A stretch of DNA of 64,000 nucleotides. Source: Euglena gracilis. Taxonomy: Eukaryota. The notes below the pieces were generated by a model that saw only the letters and a program-made list of their open reading frames with translations, was not told where the DNA came from and searched no databases. The position numbers and the translations under genes were made by a program. This document shows positions 56,250 to 64,000 of this stretch, piece after piece. The DNA is taken from the NCBI GenBank assembly GCA_039621445.1, contig CP154954.1, positions 11,650,716 to 11,714,715 of the forward strand. Reading direction: 5' to 3'. Within the stretch, counting starts at the first letter, position 1. Each line of letters opens with the position of its first letter.

Positions 56250-59200
56250 GTGTGTGTGTGTGTGTGCGTCTGTCTGTCTGTGGTTGTGTGTGTGTTTGTG
56301 TGTGTGCGTGTGTCTTGGGAGTAAATGCGAATTTGAGGAACCCGCAAATACAGGGTAAGACATCAGCATGGGTGGTTGGCACCACACACCACCAACCACC
56401 ACCAGCCACCCAGCCACCAACCCATCCCACCCACGCGCCCGCGCACACACGTGCGCGCACGTATGGACACACGCTTGCACCCCCACACCACACACCACAC
56501 ACGCGCGCGCACACACAACCCCTGAGAAATGCCCAGCACGAACAATACTAGGGAGTTGAAAAAGACGTCGTGATGGAATGCGTTCGCATAGGCGTGGAAG
56601 GCGGTGATTTGGAGCACCTCCGACTCATTGTGTGGGGGAAGGAATGGGTTTGGAGCATGGCACCAGCCTGGAGGTTCTGACACTGCAAAATCCTCCCATC
56701 CCTGTCAAGAACCAATGGGACAGACGGGAAGGTTATGTGGGTTCTCGAAAAAAATTACAACAAATAATACAACAAGGAAAAAAGAAAGCACATACTTATG
56801 CATATTCGGTTCTGACAATTAGGAAAACTGTCAAATTTGAATGCAGGGGACAACAGACTTTCATTTAGTGCGCCGTGGCGAAGTCTGCCGTGGCACAAAA
56901 AAAATTTCCGCAGCGCACGCGACGCACAAACAAATTTTTGCCACGGCACACCCGCGGTGCACCTGAAACGCTGCCGCGGCGCACCAACAACGCACCCGCG
57001 GCGCACCAGCGACGTTCCTGCAGCGCACCAATGACGTTCTCGCCGCACATTGTATGCACGCGGTGCTGCCGCGGCGCACGCGGCACACAAAAGAAATCTT
57101 CCGCGGCGCACGCGGTCACAAAATTTCCGGTGCCGCGGCGCACACGGCGCAGAAGAAAAAATTTTCCGCGGCGCACTGAATGAAAGTCTGGGCAACAACC
57201 TTTCTGAAAAAGTGAAAATGTTATATTAAACAGTGTATAACAACAATGACTTGAAATCCTTCCCAGCAGCCTAAGAAAAAAAAAACACCACCAAACAAAA
57301 CAACAAATAACTGGAAACCCACCACAAACCTAAAATGGACCAATAATTGCATGCACCTTGAAATTTGTGTGAAAAAATGGTTCATTGCACGAATATCAAG
57401 GAATGCCACAGGCAGAGAATTTCTTAAGGACCCCCCGGGGGATCCAGCCTCGGCTGGCAAAAAGGCTGCTGGCTGGAAACGAGCTGCTTGGCTGGACCCC
57501 CCCAGAGTGATTGGGGGGAGGGGCGGGTCTGGGGCTGGAGGGGGCTGGGCTGGGCTGGGCTGGGCTGGACCGATGAAAAACAAAATTTTCTAAAAGATTT
57601 TTGCCTACTCAATGCTAGAACCAGGACTGGAGGAACAGCCTACTTACTGCCACACATTCTTATGCACATGTGATGAGGAAAAAAAATGCAGGGATAGGTG
57701 TGCTGGTAGCCTAGTTGGCTGGCCCGGCCTGCGGCCGGCTGGCCCGGCCTCCGGCCGGGCTGGACCCGACTTTACTTCACTCGACCCCCCCCGGGGGGGG
57801 GGCTCCCAGCCCGAATTCGGGCTGCTGGCTGGATTTGAGCTGCTGGCTGGCTGGACCCCCCCGGAGGGGGGGGGGGTGCCCTCCGGCTTAAGAAATTCCC
57901 TGCCACAGGAATGCCACAGGAATGTCACAAGAATGTCACAGGAAGGTCACACGTGACCTACCCGACCCTCCCAGCAGCGGCCATGGTGGTACTTGGGCTG
58001 CGGCTCCTGGAACCCCAATGGCGGGCCGATAGCAGGCATGTGCCTGAAGGTGCTAAAAGGCGCTTCAAAATGTTCAATGCAAGAAGAAACACCCCTGAGG
58101 CGGCAAGGCGCAAGGCGTCGTCGGGGGTGTGGGGCGTTGAAAACAGAAAAGAACGCGTCAAATGTGAAATTGAGGGGAAATATCCCTGCATCGCACCAGT
58201 CAGCCAGCACTTGGCTACAAAAGAATGTTTGAGAAATGATGTGGAGTTGAGGCAAAGGACACAGGAAAGCATAGGCCTTTTTATTCAAATTTACATATTC
58301 AAAATTATGTTTATGTTTTTGTTTACATTGACATTTTATATGTACATTTATGTTTTTATGCATATTTTATGTGTATTTGTATTTATATTTTCTTTATATT
58401 CTATATTTATATTTATATTTATATTTATATTTATATTTATATTCATATTTATATTTATATTTATTTGTATATTTATTTTTATATTTATATTTATATTTAT
58501 ATTTACATTTACATTTATATATTATATTTATATTTATACTCATATTTATATTTATATTTGTATTTGTATTATATATTAATATACGGCAGGTCCAAACTAT
58601 ATGCCCCCCGGGGTCCATATAATTGGATCAGGGGGGTCGGGGAAAATTTTTGGATTATTGGTGGAATGGGTTTTCGTTTAGGAGTCAGGTGTAATTTAAG
58701 GCCGAACTTATAGACTAGTGTTAGGTGTACAAGTTAGGCCTAAAGTTAGGACAAAATCCTAACTTTATCCCTATTCCATCAATAACGCAAAAAAAAATTG
58801 GACCCTCCTGATCCAACTACATGCCCCCCCCCCCTCCGGAGGGCCATGTAGTTGGGACCTGCCATTTATATATGTATTCAATTCAATTCAATTTTTCATT
58901 CAAATATTCAAATTTATATTTATTCGAATTTTATATTTTTGTTGCTTTTAAATGTGAGTGTGTGACAACCACAGCACATGCCTGGGTGCCAGTGCAGCAA
59001 CAGTCGCTCGAAATCAGAGGTTCCAGAAATGGAAACATCGTCGTCGATGAAAACAACAGAGCCGCCCCACCATAAAGAAAGCTGATCTGTGAGCAAGTTG
59101 TGGATGCCAACTTGGTCTCCAACCAACAGTCATGATTCCTAAAACACTTAGATGAAAGTGCAGCAAACCCTCCTTGTGTCACACAGCAAAGATTCCGGGC

Positions 59201-60063
59201 AGCGATACATTCATTTGTTTTCGGGGAGGGGGGATTCATTAATTTCCTTTCCCACGTTCGATGAGAGGACATATTTTGGCGGAATCCGGTGGTTCTGAGA
59301 ACTTCAATCAGGAAGCGGGACGGCTGCGGTAATACTCGTACCGCCGCGGCAGCTTCACCGCCATCTGCCACAGGACGTTGCGCCCTGACGTCCACGTTGT
59401 GTTCGGCCGCACGGTGGCGGGCGTGCAACGCCGGTAAAACGGCACCACGATGTGTGGCGCAAGCTTTCTGACAGGCAAGGAAGTGGGAGGTTGGAAAGGA
59501 CTGGTATTGACATTTGTGCCCAAAAAGAGGTTGGCAGATGGAAACTTTGGAGTGGGAGAATGGATGCCCTGATGCCTATCATGCAAAATTGTCAGCAGCA
59601 GGAGGTCGTGGAAAGGGGTTACGCTCTGTTTTTGCCTGAGGCAACTTCAACCTTGGTTGAAAGCAGGTGGGGATATTCAGGAACCTCAAAAAAAGTTGTG
59701 TAGCAATGTAGCTTCATCGTGGGATAACCAGAATGAGCTTTTCTTTAAACTGATGCCAAAACCCTTGTAGGGGGGGGGGGTCAAGCCGGGACTCATCTCA
59801 TCCCCCATCCCCAATTGGCAAATCACTGGTTAATAATTCTCACGCCAGTCACGCCGGTGCACGCAGAAGGAGACCGGGCTGCCCCACGTGAGGCAGAGCG
59901 CGTCTCCGTTGTCGGAGTACCGCAACTGCTCCGCGAAGGTCCGGCCCTGGACAAGGTAGAGGAAGCGTGGGGGCTCGTCGTCCTTTGGCGGGTTGGCAGC
60001 AGAGGACGGTGGCCCCCCAACCACGGGTGGTCGGCCAGCGGCCGCCACCAAAGTTACCCACCC
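54001..60063 (-). CDS. DxD-motif (GT-A fold-like) putative glycosyltransferase, multi-exon
   Basis: Exons 60063-~59860, ~59413-59329, 59054-58988, 58027-57962, 56667-56544 and 56097-~55930 splice to FLYLVQGR...DALCLTWGS...RPNTTWTSGRNVLW...YEYYVFIDDDV...FERLLLHWRPAIGVP...ANAFHHDVFFNSLVLPYYDGMDHFSWWASQLY. Probable last exon ~54210-54001 ending in TGA; start codon not located. Confidence 0.7.
56098..56543 (-). other. Nonconventional intron (GT start, no AG end)
   Basis: GTT-CGTGCTGGGCA ... TGCCCAGCCCG-GCTGC: 10 of 11 pairs in the +4/-6 register; restores NSLV-L-PYY. Confidence 0.75.
56854..57190. mobile_element. hAT-like MITE with subterminal ccgcggcgca repeats
   Basis: 25-bp TIR cagactttcatttagtgcgccgtgg / ccgcggcgcactgaatgaaagtctg (23/25); TSD ggggacaa/ggcaacaa (6/8). 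Confidence 0.8.
57413..57902. mobile_element. hAT-like MITE, family C
   Basis: TIR cagagaatttcttaag / cttaagaaattccctg; flanking direct repeat ccacagg (7 bp visible); right arm nearly identical to the 53287 copy. Confidence 0.85.
58028..58987 (-). other. Nonconventional intron
   Basis: ACC-CAGGCATGTGC ... GCACATGCCTG-CTATC: perfect 11-bp stem (58033-58043 vs 58974-58984); removal gives LLHW-R-PAIGVP. Confidence 0.85.
58584..58864. mobile_element. Diverged member of the TTAGGG-type MITE family in an AT microsatellite
   Basis: cggcaggtccaaactatatg...catgtagttgggacctgcca; core tagtgttaggtgtacaagttaggcctaa...ccctattccatc shared with the other copies. Confidence 0.75.
59055..59328 (-). other. 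Nonconventional intron lacking CAG/CTG at the usual positions
   Basis: CGC-AGCCGTCCC ... GGGGCGGCT-CTGTT: 9-bp stem in the +4/-6 register; restores YEYY-VFIDDD. Confidence 0.75.
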
Positions 60064-61189
60064 CTGGAGCACTGGGGGGGGGGGGGGCACTTTTGGGGGC
60101 CGCTTTTCGGGTCCGAAAAAAAAAACGGGACTTTCACGAACACCGTTTTTTTTTGCGCAAATGCACAAAGGAACAGGCCAACTGCGTGTTGAGTGTGAGT
60201 TTGGCTGCTTGAGTTTGACGTGGTGCACGCGTCACACCAAAACGCGTACAGCAGGGGCAGACGAAGAAATCCCCTCCTCCGGAGCGTCACCAACCTTTAA
60301 AAGCTGTTGGTCGGGCAATTGGTCTTTCAAAAAAAGGGAAGCCTAAAGACAGATAGGAATTCGGAGCTGTTCAAGAACGTCACGGAGTTGTGCACTTAAA
60401 AGCGTCACGGAGTCATGCAGTTGTGCACTTAAAAAACGAAAAGGGCATACCCGATGCATCCTGACACACTTCTTTACACTTTTTTGGTTAACTCGCTCCT
60501 TTGCAGACGCTTCTTTTCCATGCTCAATCTTCTCTAAGAAGCCCCCACTGTGAAGGCCTCAGGGTGCACTCGCGTAATTGACCATTCAAGTGGTTATAGC
60601 GGACTGCCGCCTCCGGCAGCGGGAAGTGCGCTTCTATTTGGACTCCACCTGGGCGATTTTGTTGATTTCCTTGAGAAATCCCTTCAATTGGGGGGTGCGC
60701 TTGTATCAGGCCGCCGCCTTTGGTGGCTGGGGGACCTTGTGCTTGTCGCGGCCCCGCGCTTTTGTGGGGGATTATTCCTATTGCTGTGTGGTATGGTGCC
60801 GGGCATCCTTTCCACAAACATTTCTGTCTGCCCCGAGTGGTCCTAGGCGCACCCGTGCTTCTATTGGGGGGGGGGGGGGCAGGAGAGATAATATCACAAT
60901 TACACCACATGTTCCGGCTCCGAGCAGGCTGGCACAGGAGGCTTTAAAGTGGATCCTTTTGCAAATGTGCAAAGCAACATCGCTTTTCCTCCCATGCGGG
61001 TACAACGGGGTCTCAACGTAATTGGGGTGATGCGGCCAAGGTCAACTGGTGGAAGCCCTCCGGTGCTCGATTTTTCTTTTTTTTCAGAATTCCCTGACTG
61101 TCTGATTTAATTGCAAAACACACTCCCTCCACCTCCGGAAAGTGTGACGGGTGAGCTTCTGGCAGTGACCAAACAAGGGCCCGACCCGC

Positions 61190-62700
61190 CTCCCCTCGCA
61201 GGCCGCCCCCTGGCCCCAGTTGTTGCACTTGCGTTCGCTCTGGCCCCCAACGATGGCCAGGGGCATTGAGGGGCGGTACTGCCGGACGAAGCCCGGGGCC
61301 AGGGCGGGGGCTTTGAGGGTGGGCGAAAGGAAATCCAAATGAACACCAGGCCACGCCGCCAGGCTTTTGCTTAAGGACCCCGGGGGGGGGGGGGTACTGG
61401 CCTGCCAATCGGCTAGACACTGGAAAAAATGGACCAGCTAGCCCCCCCCCCCCCCGGGGGGGGGGGGTGGGTCCGGGGGTCCCCCCCCATCTGGAAAAAA
61501 ATTTTCCTCCGGCGCTGCGCGCCGAGGTGGAAATGAGGTTTTCAATAGGTTTTTGGCTGATTTTGTTCCAGAAATTCCCAAAATGGCCAAAAACGGGCTT
61601 TTTTGGCCATTTTTGGGGGTCCCAAAAAATTTCCGTGACGCCGCGGCCGAGATTGGAGATATGACACAGGTTTGATCCCTGGGCTGCAGATTGGTGTCTT
61701 TTCCCACAGCACAAAAAGCAAATTTTTGAGGTCAGGAGCCTGACAGGAATGGTTGTAATTCCGTTGCACTTCAGATAATTCAATATTCAACAAAAAAAAG
61801 TGTGACAACCTCAAAAAGAAAGACAGGTCCCTTAGAGGACAGGTTAGAGAATGCGACGAGGGGCAGAGGGGGCAGAGGAGGACAATTTCCTGGGAGGTTG
61901 GATTTTTCGATGGCCGAACAGCAAGACTGTCACCAACAGCACAGCAAGATCCATTCCCAATGTCGTGCTGCGTCGCATTCGTGGTGCGTTGCACCTCCCT
62001 GCGCACCATCGTGTCCTCGAATGCCACAATGACGGCCGCGTTGAGGAGCAGGTTGAAGGAGATGATGGTCACAGGAGGGCGAGACCACCAACACACCAAA
62101 GCTCCATTTGCCTTCGTCTTTCCCACCATCAGAATACTCCACAACGTTGCATTGCCGGGATGGAAGACAGCGTTGCTAATGGCAGCCCCCTCCGGCTGGT
62201 TGACCAATTTGAGGTTTTGCGGGCAACACTGGGCTACATGATGGAATTGAGGGGAAAAGCAAAAATCCAACTTTTGAAGGCTAAACGAGCACGAAGGCAA
62301 TCAAACGGAGTTGCAGTGTTTGGTGGTGGATGGTTTTTTCTCTTTGAAGATTCATTGGATCGGCACCCAACCGCACACCCCTGGGGGTGGAGGGACTCAA
62401 TATTGGTGGTGGGGGTCATTTTGGACCCAAATGATACGACACACAACAAAACTTTGGCACTTCGTTGCGAAGGTGGGAGGGGAGCCCAAAAATGTCTGGA
62501 AATACTCACATCCCCGAATGGGGATTGGTCGGTATGCTTGGAAAGAGCCCGAGAGCCTGCGTTGAACCACCCTCGGGGCCTCCCCTGGCACAATGCCCAG
62601 GTCCAGAGCTTTGCTGCGGAACGTCACCAAGTTCAGGGACCGGTAGAGCAGGTTGAAGCAGGCGGTGAGGTGGCCCCATGCCGCTGTTTGCCCAATGGGG
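61190..62700 (-). CDS. Minus-strand exon cluster, possibly a membrane protein; unknown
   Basis: GC3-rich blocks ~62690-62570 (WGHLTACFNLLYRSLNLVTFRSKALDLGIV), ~62065-61995 (IISFNLLLNAAVIVAFEDTMVRRE|GT), ~61330-61190; junctions unresolved. Confidence 0.4.
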
Positions 62701-64000
62701 AGATGGTGCTTGGACAAGGGGTCCGGATGACTTTTAAAATTTGCGTGCAAATTCTGGATTTGAGTGCTAATCCAGGTATTTGTGTGCAAATCTAGAAATT
62801 TGCACGCGCTTATGCACAAATTTACGCGCGAAATATGCACAAACTTACTCGTTTTTGAGGATGCACACACAACAAATATCACAAAGTCGCAAAATTTTCT
62901 GCAGCATTTAGCTCGTCGAGATTTAGTGACTTCAAAATTTGTACTTGCTTTATCAGGCAAGAGAAAATGCTTCCTGGAAGATGACCTTAAAAAGATGGGT
63001 GCCTAGACAAGGTTGGTGATTAATCAGAAAGGGGGATGTTGCAGGTGATTCAAAAAATACACATTTCTCCTATTTTAGCTTCCACTTTTGCACTTCCAGG
63101 CAACCCGGACGGGAGTTGTGGGCACCTCCCTGACAACCCAAGCAGCGCCATGGGTATGCGACCCCATTGTAGTCGATGCGGCTCTCGGGGGGGTTTGGCC
63201 ACTCCGTGGAGAGGAACACGAGGGCGGGCATTCGCAGAAGGGGGGAGGGGGGTCACTTTCCACTCTGAAAAAACCAGTCAGTCACTTTTTCCGAAAAACC
63301 CAGTCAGTCACTTTACCCCCCCCCCCCGGGGGGGATCGGCCACTCTTCAGGAGGTAATGAAATTTTCCCAAAAAATGTCAAAAAATCCAAAAAAAATTTC
63401 CGGCGCCTTCGGCGCCAGGCCAGCCACTTTTCCATTTTCGGGCCTACCCCACCCCGGGGGGGGGGGGGGTTCTTGGCCAGAAAACCAGTCAGTCACCCCC
63501 CCGGGGGTGGGGTAGGACAGGTGATAAGCAATGGTATGGGGAGGACACACACAAAGACGGCAGAGCAGCCCCAAATGCACACCCACCAGGAAAATGCCAC
63601 CTGACAGGCGGGCCAGAACCGCAGGCCTTGCAGTTTCTCTTGCATGGCCCCCACAGGGCAGTCCAAAAGATTATCACCCCTGGCAGCTACGCGTTGTCAG
63701 GGAAAGTGGTCTCTGACAAATTCCAAGCACAGGAGTAAAGGAGCTTATGAGCTTGGGGGGGGGGGGGTAGATTGCCGTGCTGGATTCCCCCTCCTTGTTT
63801 GGCTCGGGTTGAATCGACAACGGGGGCCAACTGTGGGGGGACACACATGGTACAGGGTCAAGCCAGGACACCCACCCGTCGTGTCCAACAAACGCTTAGG
63901 TGACAAAATTTGTGGTCTGAACAAGGGGTATACATTGTGAGTGGGTGAGGGTGGAGGTAAGGAGTGGGGAGGATAAACACTGAGACATGAGGTTCTAATT

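Noticed and set aside
61851-62795. 314-aa plus-strand ORF
   Set aside because: No recognisable domain; best explained as the antisense shadow of GC3-rich minus-strand exons

Overview
Eukaryotic, intron-rich genomic DNA, most likely from a euglenid. Short GC-rich exons sit among microsatellites, minisatellites and many short inverted-repeat elements, so most six-frame ORFs are spurious. Manual splicing recovers three minus-strand genes: a putative membrane or secreted protein (ATG 17699), an IFI44-like P-loop GTPase (about 32527-22750) and a DxD glycosyltransferase-like protein (about 60063-54001). Weaker exon clusters are also present. These genes restore frame only if two intron classes are used: canonical GT-AG introns, and non-GT-AG introns whose ends base-pair from intron position +4 to position -6 (often CAG...CTG), the euglenid 'nonconventional' type. 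Main observation: several non-autonomous hAT-like MITE families have CAG/CAT...CTG/ATG termini and 8-bp target-site duplications (TSDs), and some appear to sit inside exons. Cutting 3 nt before and 5 nt after the element removes exactly element + 8 nt and restores the pre-insertion sequence, so these MITEs look like intron generators, with an age gradient from perfect to erased TSDs. Also present: a 3-kb array of a 77-bp satellite with a 22-mer higher-order repeat and a 10-bp flanking duplication, and MITEs carrying TTAGGG that sit in TA-rich microsatellites. All gene models are hand-made and lack RNA evidence.
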